Shown here: positions 1-13,000 of the stretch, in pieces
Layout: the number at the start of each line of letters is the position of its first letter
Numbering within the stretch: position 1 is the stretch's first letter
DNA from: Lingula anatina
Taxonomy: Eukaryota > Animalia > Brachiopoda
Assembly: GCA_051362555.1 (NCBI GenBank)
Contig: CM120641.1
Coordinates: 19,096,001-19,160,000 of the forward strand
Length of the DNA stretch: 64,000 nucleotides
Direction of reading: 5' to 3'
Notes under the pieces: generated by a model
What the model was told of the DNA's origin: nothing
What the model saw: only the letters and a program-made list of their open reading frames with translations
Databases searched by the model: none
Made by a program: the position numbers and the translations under genes

Positions 1-920
1 GCCTACGCTAGCGCTGAAAAAATTAAAACCAAGATTGCCTGACTCCAAAATCAATATCTTGAAGTAGTAAATGTTATAACTATTTGATACTTATTGCTAA
101 TTAAGAGACGTTGATTACATAACCTGTGTCTGGGAGGGGAGGGTACTACGACCGTAAATATATTTTTATATAAAAATTTTAACATTTATCGTAATACATG
201 CTGATATTGCACATAATCTAGATGCACGATCAGGTTTTAATATAGTTGGTCCTGTAATGGATGGTCAACATACGGCACACTGGAAAAGGAGATTTTTTAA
301 AAATATGTATCTCTTAAAATAGAGTCATTGTGTATTGCTGACAGAATTTGACCACAGAATTTGGAATTGATGTACACGTTGATGGGACACTGTTATCCTT
401 GGGTCAGAAGCTCATAACTATGACAACCATCATCTAATTTTAATTAATGGGCGCTCTTCGCGGTAATACTTACATTTAAACACGCACACGCCATTCTAAA
501 TCAGGTCAAAAATATTCGAAATCAATTGTTCAGGGACACACTAAATGTTCAAACAGAGCTAAAAAAAATATGCACGACTAAGAAATTTCAAGCAAACTTA
601 GGTCATCATCAAAAATCAGGTGAGAGCACCGTCCATCCTGTACATTTGAAGCGTCCCAATGCATTGTAACCAATACATTCTTATACTCTGAGTGGCATAC
701 AAGTAACAATTAAAATAGTAGTAGCACAAGGACTCGTATTATTAATATTTGTCATGTTTTTTTTTTCATTCGTCTGCGTCTTTAGTATTTAAAGGTGGTG
801 GATATTGAAAAAATAGTGATACTCACAAACACGCATTTGCTTCTGCACCTTAGCTCTCGAGATCTTGCCACTGCACCAAAAAAACGCCAAGTACTGTTGC
901 GTCTACACCTGACCGTGCCC

Positions 921-1035
921 TACCCTCTACCAGGGTGGCAAATTTTTTGGCAGTGAATGAAATGACTGTCTATTTATCTAAAGGCATATCTGTGAATATC
1001 TTGTGAAAATCAATCTGTCGTCCTGGTAGAGGGTA
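921..1035. mobile_element. MITE, TACCCTCTACCAGG-TIR family, copy 1
   Basis: Terminal inverted repeats TACCCTCTACCAGG...CCTGGTAGAGGGTA; flanks ACCGTGCCC (912-920) and ACCGTGTCC (1036-1044) form a 9-bp TSD with 1 mismatch; related copies at 41233, 48508, 55423. Confidence 0.8.
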
Positions 1036-3259
1036 ACCGTGTCCAACTGCCAAGTGAGCATGCAGGAAGATAGTTCGCACAGCGATGAGTAACTTATTTT
1101 TATGCAAATTACAACAGGTATGGCTCATTTTAGGTGAAAGGTTGTTACTGCAGTGAGGGTCCTTTTTGGTATTTTCGTTACCCTTCAAAGCCACTTTTTA
1201 TCTCCCGAAAAGCGTGAAATGTTCGTTTTATTTTGAATGTTTCGTGAAGCACCCCATTACTGTGACTCGTGAATGCGGCCTTTTAATTTCCACTATTCGA
1301 AAAACGGAGGAAGTGAAGAACAAAAGACTCGGACATGGTGTAATTCGGATGACCGCACGTCTCGAATGAATGCGTTATAACCCGTGAATGGACCCGTGGT
1401 CTCAATAACTTAAAAGATAGACCCCTCGTCAGCGAGGGTTATGTGACATCCACTCGTGCTAACACAGCCAGTACATATCAGAATCGTTCATACGCATGAA
1501 TTTTCGTGCTATCAGTTAGTATGAATAAAGTTTTATTTACTGTGATTTGTGAATCGATAATTTTAATTTGCGTGAACCTTTGCATTGTTACTGAAATTGT
1601 TCACGAATGTTCAGACTCAAAACACGTAAAATATGACTGAAGTCCACTTGTTAGTGAAATCTTGGACATAATAACGTTATTTTGTCCTAAGATCCGTTTA
1701 TTAGATCTTAGTTTTGTCCAAGGTGTAATGCACTACTTTATTCCAGAAAAATTACACGTGCGTGTACCAAGTATAGTTTCATATCCCCAGGATGCAGAAC
1801 TTTCAAAAAATCTCGACGTATATACTAGTATGCATGTGAAAATTTAGAAATTGCTACCAAACAACAATGCCCCCTAAAACAGATTTAACTTGAGACCCTT
1901 GTTGAAAGCATCCCGCGTCGCCTACGGAGGTCAGGGAATAAGTTCGCTGCAGACACAAGCTAATAAGGCATATTCTCTTTTTTTAAGTGCATTCTGATGC
2001 TAATTGTGTATAAATTCCGTGGCATTTGACATTGTCTATTCAACTGATTACCTCTATGGAAATTACTGAAGAACATAAGGTATAGTACCATCTGAAAGTC
2101 GATGTATGTGCATGTAGGAAGTATGGCAGATGTGAGGTGGGGATGCAAGGGTCCTAACGGCATGAATTGACATTTAATTACACAAACTGGTGAGAAGCTA
2201 GATCAAAGCTCTAATACGGGGGGAAAGTTTTCTGATGAGATATATATACGGTGATATACATAACATTACTCAGAGATGATCCAAACAACGTTTATAATGT
2301 TGCCTGCAATGGTCTCCCTGTAGAGACTTAAAATACCACTTTTTTTATAGGTTTAAATAGTGAAGCATCATATTTTTTTAATGAAATAATCAATTAAAAT
2401 ATATTGATTTAAGAAATCCGACGCAGCAAATGTTCATGGCTTTCACAACAAAGACATTCACCCGCCTCGTTAAAATGCGCTAAAATTAATAATAATGTAA
2501 GTATTATATTTTAATGTCTTAAATTTCATCGCTTATATATGTATACCTTTGTGTTCCTTTGACCATGACGTCAATTAGCAAATTCTGCCCATAATCTGGC
2601 CTCAGCGCTTGTGGCATTTTTGAGTCACAATAATACCCGTCAATTTTTTTTTTTTTCATATATGGTGCCATTTGTAGTGGTTTTGGGTACCATATTCAAC
2701 GCATTTTCTCAATACTGCGCTAGCCCCAGTGAGCACTCTCCGTTTCTGGCACAATCTTTACTGGTAAATTTACAGACAAATCAGTCAAGAATTCACAGAT
2801 TTACATTGATAATATTTACTATTTTTTAACCAAGTTACACTTAAATTTTTTTTCTCTTTTATTTATATCTTTTTTTCATTTCACTTATCATTATTTTTGT
2901 CATTTGGCTTTGAATTACTGTAAGGTAAGAGAGATAAACAATTAAAAATATACTGAGCTCACAGTATTTTTATTCACATATCAGCAAAAACAGAAAATAT
3001 TCAGAGCCTATAATTACTTATATATATTAAGCAATAACTTATTAAGTTTTTCTGAAAGCCAAAAATATTCATTCAAAGTATAAGAGTTGTATATATTACA
3101 AAATGTCTAAAAATAAATATATAAATATGAATAATAATTTACAGAAGAAATATGCAAATAAAATTGATGGGATATTTTAACAGCATATTTAGCAGAATAC
3201 AGTAAATGTACAAAGTTGTGAAAATTGAAATTTAAGGTGAGATAAAATGACTGTATCAA

Positions 3260-3261
<2 letters not shown>

Positions 3262-3290
<29 letters not shown>
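3262..3290. repeat. (GT)n microsatellite
   Basis: Direct reading. Confidence 0.95.
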
Positions 3291-3294
<4 letters not shown>

Positions 3295-4083
3295 AAGTAG
3301 AACATGGTAACATAAGTACTGGTACATAAACCATTTAGCATATCTAGGTATACAATAATGTTTATTAAAAATACAGGAATCCGATTATACATAAATGAAA
3401 TACAAAAGAAAAATTGGATTTCAAATATTTCATCAGAAATACATGGGTAAATCATGATATTTTCAAGGTTGTGATCACATGTATACTGGAGAGGTTTGTT
3501 CACTATTGCATCTTTCCATATTGATATAGGCCACAGTTAGTTTATCACAGATAATAGTTTAAAAATCTTTCAGGTAATGCAAGATATGGCAATAAAATTG
3601 TTTAACTTGTGAAATGATAATATAAAATGGCACTTCAAATACTTATTTACAAGTTATAATTTAAAATGGAGGACCGGGGGAGATACACTGGGCCATGTTC
3701 CTCCTCTCCTTAGTTTCTGAGTTATCTCTTTTCTCCTCCACCCCCCCCCCCTCCCCCCAAAAAAAAGTATATATATTTAACAAGCTAAACAAGACAAAAC
3801 TAGGTAATCATTCGATTCCTGTGCCCTACCTATAGTGAAATTGTCCTCGCCTGTTATCTTATATATCCCACACCTCACTCCCTACCACCTGAGCAAAATC
3901 CTGGATACACCAGTGAACGGTACAAATCCTGGTCCAAAAATATACACTTAGATTAGATGGAAAACATCAACATTTCAATTAACACAGTGTACTTGCAAAA
4001 CATCAAAAGTTCAATCAATACAGTTTACTATCTGATATGTTTTCTTTCACGTGGATGAATTGGTTCCTTCCTTGAACAGCAGG

Positions 4084-7000
4084 TTAATCTCTTCCCACAA
4101 TTGCCTGCAGTAGTTTCTTGTAGTCTCCAGAGCAGTCACTCTTAATCCAGTTCCACAGAGTCTGCCCTGTCAGTGCAAGGAATGCTGCCTTGATCTGAAC
4201 CATATCAATCTAGAAAAACACATTAAAAATTTTATAAATATTTTTTATTTTTTAAAGAGACTTGTGCTCTACTGACTAGGAGGTAAAAGAGGCATTAGGT
4301 ACACTTAACTGAGACCATATCCACTTGACAATCTTGCTATCAGTATCTGAAAAGTACTGCTTACCTCAGATCTGGATACAATAATTCTTATCAAAGTCTT
4401 GTCATCTGTGCCTAGCCCTTTCATAGAAGCTTTCAGTCGTTCAGCAAAGAACATTGGACGACAACGGATGTTCATTACTAAAAAAAAAAAAAAAAGAAAA
4501 ATCTAGGTGTCAAAGTTGTGTAGCCGGGCTTATTATTATTTTGTCAATGATCGGGAGAAATCTAGTCACAGAAATAAAACACAAGTCTCAGTTAGTTTCC
4601 AGAATCTGTATTGAACTATTTCCGCAATAAATGAAACACCTAAACGGAGTCCGCTCATACAATTGGGCCGTCACTCCGTCTATCCTAAAATAAAAATAAC
4701 AAAAATATAGTAATTATCAAAAATTCCAAGCTATGTAAGAAAATTACGTAATTCATACGTAATACAACGAACACTAATTGTCTCTTATCCATACATAAAC
4801 AACATGAGTGGTATGTGTATCATCATAGGTCGCATTCAACGATCTTCCCATGTTAATGTACGATCTCAACTACCGCATCTCCTCTCCTCCAGCGGAGGCT
4901 ATTCGTTGGTTTCGTCACTTATTATTTCAATGCAGGCTAACAATAAAACAAACTACCACTAATATGATGAATCAGTGTACTAAGATACAGCGAGCACGCC
5001 GCACGCGTCAAGGCAATGCAAACCTAAACACAACCGTACTAGCGTTCGCTAATGACCCGTTACAAACATGACCTGAGAAGTATGACATAATACCCTGAGC
5101 GCCTTTGTTCTAGCAAAAGCGGCACTATTCATTGAAATATTAAATAAAACTCTAGTTAATCATTCCCGTTAGAGCACTGTAGGGAACAACACACAAACTA
5201 TTACTGTATTGCTGTGCTAACAAAAGTAGAAAAACGCTAAGTTACGATCTATGTCGGTAGCGCTTAACGGCATTAACTGGAGCTAGACGTTTTAACGTAC
5301 GTAAAGCAACTTTTACATACCACTATAGTAAACTTGAAACTTACTTTAAACTATAAAGTAGTAATTATTTACTGTGCTTACTTTCTACTCTGTTTCACTG
5401 GCTCGTTTACTCTAATTTTCCTCCGTTCTTCTTCGATGATAAATTTACTACTGTATACTACTCTACGTTAAAGACCAAAAATGCGAAATCAGCGGATGAG
5501 ACTAAAAACAAAGGAATTTTAGTGACCAATAAAATATTGGTTTCGCTCATCAAGGGGATCTGGCCACCCTTGACGTCAGTAAACGCACCAAGCCCCAGGT
5601 TAGCGAACAAAAGGGCATCGGCCGCTCCCTAGACTTCCATTGTGCTGGTCCGCACATCTATCGCAATACTTACATTCTCCCCCCGAAAACAAAATGTTGC
5701 CCCAACATTTCTAACAATTAATTATACATTTACTAAATTACAAACCTACCCTAGCTAAATAAAGTCAACTACAATATACACACTGTCCAGGAACTTCCTT
5801 TTATAGAACGTACCATCATTGGCAGAGTTATTGCATAAAATGCCTATGAAAGGATTAGAAATTGATCAGATTTCTAATAACGCACCTACTGGTGCTCCCG
5901 TTATCTGCCTAGATACTGTCACACTCCTAGCGAGCAGAGGTAATGTTCCCAAGATAGTTTTTTTTTCTAATGCTGTCCATCAACGTTAGTACGAGAATGT
6001 CCACGTCCTCCTATGCCCAAGGACGCCAGAGCCTAATTCCCGTCGCTAGAATTTGTCTCATTCCTGCGTAGTGGTTTGGACCTCCCATTTTGTCGTATGT
6101 GAGTCTTTCCGGTGGTTTCACTACTCGTTTAGGGCGTCTCCTAGTCTCACCACTAGTCTCCGGTGTCTGTTCTTCCACTTCCGATTGTTCATTTACGTCC
6201 AGTCCCGACTCTTCCGTTTCTAGAAAGTTTCCAGAATGTTCAAGTTCCGGAACTGGCACGAAAGGCTCAGCCATTGGATTTAGTGTATTTGCCGGTGCGG
6301 CAGTGATACTGGGCTGTGTCCTCTTAACCAGAGTAAAGTCATCTGAGTCGGAGTCGTCTGAGTGTGAAGAAGGAGATAGTTGTGGTCGTTGCTTCCGTGG
6401 TGTCATCCTTTTGAGCCGGGGGCGTTTCGCATCTGGGCAGGAAAGCGGAAGTTCATTACATTGCAGTAACAAATTCCGATGCAGTCGCCGGATCTTCCCG
6501 TTTCCTCGTTCTGAACTTACTTCGTACACCGGCGAGTCGTTAATCCGTCTGGCGACAACGTGCACCTCTTCTTCCCAGTAAGATCGTAACTTCCCTGGCC
6601 CTCCACGTTCAGTAAGGTTCCTTACCAGAACGCGGTCACCCGGTAACAGTGCGGCACTTGCTGGCTTTTGATTATAATATTTCCGTGCAACTTCCCCCTG
6701 TTTCTTGGCTCTTTGTCCAGCGATCCGGTACGCTTCTTCCATGCGCGCTGCCCATTTCTTCACGTACTCACTCTTGGATGTGTAGTGAGGTTCTCCCTCT
6801 AGTCCGAAAATGAGATCGATGGGCAACCGTGGTCGTCTACCAAACACAAGGAAGAATGGTGAGTACCCCGTGCTGTCATTCTTGGTGCAATTATAGGCAT
6901 GAGTCATCTTGTTCAGATGATTCTTCCAATCACTCTTGTGCTGCTGACTCATGGTCCTCAACATACCCAATAACGTGCGGTTCATCCTCTCACACTGTCC

Positions 7001-10000
7001 ATTCCCTTGAGGATGGTATGGTGTAGTCCTCGAGGACTTCACATTGGTTAGGTGTTGTAAACGCTGGAAAAACTCATTTTCAAACTCGCGACCTTGATCG
7101 TGGTGGATTCTGTCGGGAAAACCAAACCGGAGAACATAGTCGTTGAAGATTTTATCTGCAGCAGTTCGCCCCGACTTGTTTGTGGTGGCATAAGCGGCTG
7201 CGAATCGGGTAAAATGGTCCACCACAACCAGGATGTACTGGTATCCCCCTTTGCAAGTTTCTAGATGAAGAAAGTCAATGGATATCATTTCAAATGGATA
7301 TGTTGTTTCAATGGGTTGTAGTGGTGCCACAGGTTTTCGGCTTGGTGCTTTGTCCTTCAAACATTTACACTGGTGTTTCACGAAGTGGTCGATATATCCT
7401 GCCATGTGGGGCCAGTAAAAGCGGTCCTGGGCAAGAGACAAGACTTTGTCTGTTCCTAAATGGCCATGTTTTACGTGCAACTCTTCAAGGACAATTTGAT
7501 GGAATTCCTTCGGAAGTACCACCTGGTGTCGCCTTATTCCTGATGTACACCGAGTCACTCGTCTTAAAATGCCATCTTCGCCAACTGTCAATTTTTCCCA
7601 TCCTCGGAGTAAGGTCTTGGATTCCGAAGGTAAATGTTTAGTGGACTTGCGATTGGGTTTTTCACCTAATTCTACCTGTCTTTTCACCGGACCTATACAG
7701 CTATCTTGCTCCTGAGCAATCCTCAAAGATGTTTTGGATATCCTCTGGACTTCGCCTGTGGACTGATGGTGCAGATACTCTGGTAGCCAGTCTCTATCGT
7801 TGCATACCATGTTCACATTTACTGCTGTAGGAATGAATGGAGAATCCTCTTGGCTACGAACGGTCACCATTTTAGCCACGGCCTGCACTTCGGTGGGGTC
7901 ACTCTCTTCAGTGAATTGCATCATCACTTGATTAAAATCAAGAGGCATTCTACTCAACCCATCAGCGTCTCGGTTCAATAAACCAGGCTTGTATTTGACA
8001 GTGAACGTGAAGTCTGATAGTTCGCCGACCCAACGAAGCCTGGTGACATCTAAACGAGGGGTAGTTAAGATGTAGCTTAACGGGTTGTTATCACTATAAA
8101 CAGTGAAATGAGGGGCGTAGTATAGATAGTCCCTAAACCGCTCTGTGACTGCCCACTTCAGTGCCAGGAACTCTAGCTTTCCAGAGTGGAAATGATAGTT
8201 CTGTTCTGCTGGACTCAGGGTACGTGAGGCATAGGCGACAACTCGAGACTTGGAGTCAGCTCCTTCTTGATACAGGATGGCACCTAGGCCCTCCCCTGAA
8301 GCGTCTACATGCAGTGAAAATGGTTTATCGAACTCTGGATAAGCCATCACAGGTGGTGATAATAGACAGTCAACCAAATCAGATAAAGCTTCTTGGTGTC
8401 CAGTTGTCCAGGCAACCTGCTGTGCTGGAGAGGGCTGACCTTTCATCGGCTTCTTCTTCTTCTTTTGTGGCTTACCACCTGGACTCTTCTCAACCTTTAA
8501 CAAATCATATAAGATTTTTGCCCGTCTGGCGAAATCTGGTATAAACTTGCGATAGTACCCTAAAAATCCCAGCATCTGACGCACTTCGCCCACGTTTGTC
8601 GGCTTCTGCTCCTTCAGCTTCCTAACTGCGGTTTTGTCTTCTGGGTCAAGTGTGTACCCTTCTGAAGTGACCAAGTGACCCAAGTATCTGACTTCTCTTC
8701 GGAATAGTAAACACTTAGCTGGCTTCAACTTGACACCCTTCTCTCTCAACCTCTGGAACACCTGCTCCAAATGTTGAATGTGCTCCGAGAAACTCTTTGA
8801 ATACACCAATATGTCATCCAAATATGGTAGACAAATTTTGTCGCGTAACCCTTCCAGACATTCATTCATAAAATTCTGGAATGCGGCTGGAGCTCCTGAA
8901 AGCCCAAACGGGATGCGCTCCCACTCATAGAGACCCCAAGGTGTGATGAATGCTGTGTAGGGCTTGGACTCTTCGGCCACCATTCCCTGGTGATAGGCTT
9001 TTCCTTGGTCCAGTACCGAAAACCAACAGCTTCCCCCTAAGCCATCCAGAGCATCCTGAATCTTGGGTAAGGGCCGACTGTCAGCGACAGACTTCTCATT
9101 CACCTTACGATAATCCACACATAGTCGCAGGGTTCCGTCTTTCTTGCGTGCACAAACTAAAGGGCTTGCATAGGCCGATGTAGACTTACGCACAAAACCT
9201 TTTGACATGAGATTTTGTAGGTAATCTTTGACTTCGTCATAAAGAGCTTGAGGAATGGATCGGTAGGCTATTCGGACAGGAACCTTGTCGGTTAGGTGAA
9301 TGCTTAACTTCAAATCTGGTATGCATCCTATATCATCTTCACTCTTTGCGAAGACCTCATGGTGTTTCCTAAGTAATTCTTGGATCTTCCCCTTTTCTTG
9401 GCTGGAAAACAGGGACCAGTCAACCGCCAAGGAGCTCTTTTCTGCTTCCTCATGCGTTGTAGCTTCATCCAAACCTGGTTCCCCTACTGGCACCACCGAG
9501 TTAACCATGTGTAGCTGCCCAATCGTGGTTTTCTTTGGTATTATTACTTTCCTGGAACTATTGTTAGACACTGCTATCCGGACATGAGATGGGTGCTGAA
9601 CATCAATCAGACTTTCACTAAAGAGACCCTGGTCTATGAAATTTTCCTGAGGCATGAAGAGACAACGAAAGTTCTCAGTGGACAAGACCCCGGTCCGTGC
9701 TTTGGTTTTTATCACCCGTGAACTGTTAGGAGGTATGATTAACTTCTGGGATCCCACAGTCACACGACAGACCATTCCCCTCTTGTTGTCAGCAAGCACC
9801 TGGGCGAGACGTCCACCATCCACTTCAACATCCTTGCAAATGTTGCTAAATGTCTGGGAAAACTTCTGCTGCCCGTTTAACGCACATAGAGATTCAATAA
9901 CATTAAACCCAAGAATAGGTCTGGGTAAGGACACACTATCCACTACTAGAAAAGGGACTTGAACTGGAGCCCCATCTCCAAAACAAAGTGGTAAATCCAC

Positions 10001-13000
10001 ATAACCTTGATATGGAATCTCCTCCCCACTGGCAGAGGCGAGGCGCACTGGTGCATAGACCTCATCCAGGGGCTTCACAGCACCTGCTGGTAAACCAAGT
10101 AAGTGTAGCGTTGACATGTCCACAAGACTAACCTGTGCTCCGGTGTCCCAGAGAACGTCCACTGGTTGGTCAGCCAGGTTTACCTTCAGAACGCATTCTC
10201 TGCCCACAAGGTTGACCAATCGGCGTCTGTTCCCTGGACTTAATCCAGTCACTTCCCCCTTCAATTCATTAACTGACAGTCTGTTGGGGACATCTGGTGG
10301 CGGAGTCATCTGCGTCCCCCCTGAGACGACTCTCTTCCGTTTCCCTGCCTGCACCCTGCACGGAATTGATCGGAACTTCCACAATCCCAACAGTGGTTAC
10401 ACTTTCGCTTCGCCTGTTGACAGACTCTGCATCCCCGTAATTTCTTTGGTTCGGACGGCTGTTTGGTCATGTTCCTTTTCAGCTCCGCAATCTCGGCCCT
10501 TAATTGTTTTACCTCCGCTGCCAGGGCATCCTCCCTTCCGGGCTTTCCCTCTCTTCCGGTGTCTTCACCTACTACTGCGGCCACTCTCGTTCGTCTATCT
10601 TTTGCCATCTTGGAAGCTCTCTCCTCCTCCCTTTTGGTGAGCACACTAATTTCTTCAATCAGTGCCTCTTCGTCGAAGGCTCTGACTTCAAGGATCTTCT
10701 TAACTTCTCCCCTGATGCTGTCACTCCTAAGCCCAGTTTCGAACCCCCTCTTGAAGAGATTATCCACCTGGACGTCTGTAAAAGTGACACATGCGTCGGA
10801 CTCTCGAGAAGCGAATAGGATCTTCTGTCTCACGTCCAGGGCCCGTAGAAGAAAGTCGGTTGTTTCTTCAGTAGGCTGCTGAACCAACTGTCCCAGCTCC
10901 GCAAATAATTCTGTTGCTGATTTCTCTTTATAATACGACCTCAATATGTGGCGGATCTTTGTCAGTCGAAGGCCTTGCCGCCCCTCTAGGTAGTTACGAA
11001 GACCGCAGCTGGTGGGTACTGCCCGAATTATACCGTCTACTATTTCGACTTCCTCATAGCCCTTTTGGAGGCCATTTTCGATTTGGCGGGCCAGGCTTGA
11101 AAATGGTAGTCCATTTTTGGTATCAATAACACCATGTATTTTAAACTCTTTGCGGAGTGAAGTCTTGGTACTCCTACTGGTACTGCTCACCTCCCTCATC
11201 ATTTCTTGAAACTCCGTCTTTAGGTGTTTCATTTCCTCTTGGTGACGACGTTCGGTATCTTTGATCATCGCTTTGTACTTCTCCTCCACATCTGATTCTG
11301 CCATAATTTCTGGTAAGAAGTTCCCAATAGACTGAATACTTGGCAAAAATAATAATGAGATGAGAAATCCCGGACGAGCCCCCAAATTGTAGCCGGGCTT
11401 ATTATTATTTTGTCAATGATCGGGAGAAATCTAGTCACAGAAATAAAACACAAGTCTCAGTTAGTTTCCAGAATCTGTATTGAACTATTTCCGCAATAAA
11501 TGAAACACCTAAACGGAGTCCGCTCATACAATTGGGCCGTCACTCCGTCTATCCTAAAATAAAAATAACAAAAATATAGTAATTATCAAAAATTCCAAGC
11601 TATGTAAGAAAATTACGTAATTCATACGTAATACAACGAACACTAATTGTCTCTTATCCATACATAAACAACATGAGTGGTATGTGTATCATCATAGGTC
11701 GCATTCAACGATCTTCCCATGTTAATGTACGATCTCAACTACCGCATCTCCTCTCCTCCAGCGGAGGCTATTCGTTGGTTTCGTCACTTATTATTTCAAT
11801 GCAGGCTAACAATAAAACAAACTACCACTAATATGATGAATCAGTGTACTAAGATACAGCGAGCACGCCGCACGCGTCAAGGCAATGCAAACCTAAACAC
11901 AACCGTACTAGCGTTCGCTAATGACCCGTTACAAACATGACCTGAGAAGTATGACATAATACCCTGAGCGCCTTTGTTCTAGCAAAAGCGGCACTATTCA
12001 TTGAAATATTAAATAAAACTCTAGTTAATCATTCCCGTTAGAGCACTGTAGGGAACAACACACAAACTATTACTGTATTGCTGTGCTAACAAAAGTAGAA
12101 AAACGCTAAGTTACGATCTATGTCGGTAGCGCTTAACGGCATTAACTGGAGCTAGACGTTTTAACGTACGTAAAGCAACTTTTACATACCACTATAGTAA
12201 ACTTGAAACTTACTTTAAACTATAAAGTAGTAATTATTTACTGTGCTTACTTTCTACTCTGTTTCACTGGCTCGTTTACTCTAATTTTCCTCCGTTCTTC
12301 TTCGATGATAAATTTACTACTGTATACTACTCTACGTTAAAGACCAAAAATGCGAAATCAGCGGATGAGACTAAAAAACAAAGGAATTTTAGTGACCAAT
12401 AAAATATTGGTTTCGCTCATCAAGGGGATCTGGCCACCCTTGACGTCAGTAAACGCACCAAGCCCCAGGTTAGCGAACAAAAGGGCATCGGCCGCTCCCT
12501 AGACTTCCATTGTGCTGGTCCGCACATCTATCGCAATACTTACAGTTGCAAATGTGTCAATGAATTCTTTAAAATTTTAAAAATGCTACCACAGAGAACA
12601 TTTTGAATGGCTATTGACAGAGACCTTCCCTGTTGAAAAAGTACCATGAGGATTTGATAAGACACGTCTGATAAAATTTGATGGAAAATCAAATCATGAT
12701 AAACATTTGTATCAATCTGGATCCCACAGGTGGACTTATTCGCTCCTGTGTTAGATGATTTTGAGAGCAAGTTTATTGGAATGTATTACTTACAATGAAG
12801 TTAAGACAATTTATTTGTTCATCATAAACACCAAACAACTGAAAAAGGGGCATTCAAATTGATCTTTTAGTTTAAAAAATACATATTTGTGTTTCCCCAA
12901 CTAAAATTTAGACAGGGTAATACAAATCACATTAGTTATTTTGACAACCTGATAAAATTTTCATGGTCTGAGACAATAATACATCCTAGCTACCACAGGC

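Larger units (their letters stand above)
4519..12544 (-). mobile_element. Full-length Ty3/Gypsy LTR retrotransposon, recently inserted in an annexin intron
   Basis: Two ~1156-bp LTRs with TG...CA ends; 4-bp TSD GTTG (4515-4518 and 12545-12548); tRNA-Pro PBS; PPT; open gag and pol with domain order PR-RT-RH-IN. Confidence 0.98.

Noticed and set aside
300-2330. Exon-like patches on the minus strand (~600-690, ~2090-2160, ~2270-2320)
   Set aside because: Could not be joined into a consistent frame or matched to a known protein.
4850-5071. 73-aa plus-strand ORF repeated at 11719-11940
   Set aside because: Duplicated only because it lies in the LTR; antisense to the element, with no recognisable motif.
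5520-5556. Hammerhead-like string in the LTR (minus: UUGAUGA-GC-GAAACCAAUA..UAUUGGUC)
   Set aside because: C3 is U, there is no stem II and stem I cannot pair; the hairpin is explained by two opposed CCAAT boxes.
5685-6010. Possible env or extra ORF after pol
   Set aside because: Only ~325 bp with no ORF.
6090-11129. Plus-strand ORFs inside the retrotransposon
   Set aside because: Antisense shadows of gag/pol.
11305-11385. Gag N-terminal extension MGARPGFL...
   Set aside because: Starts at a TTG inside the PBS; the first ATG is at 11304.
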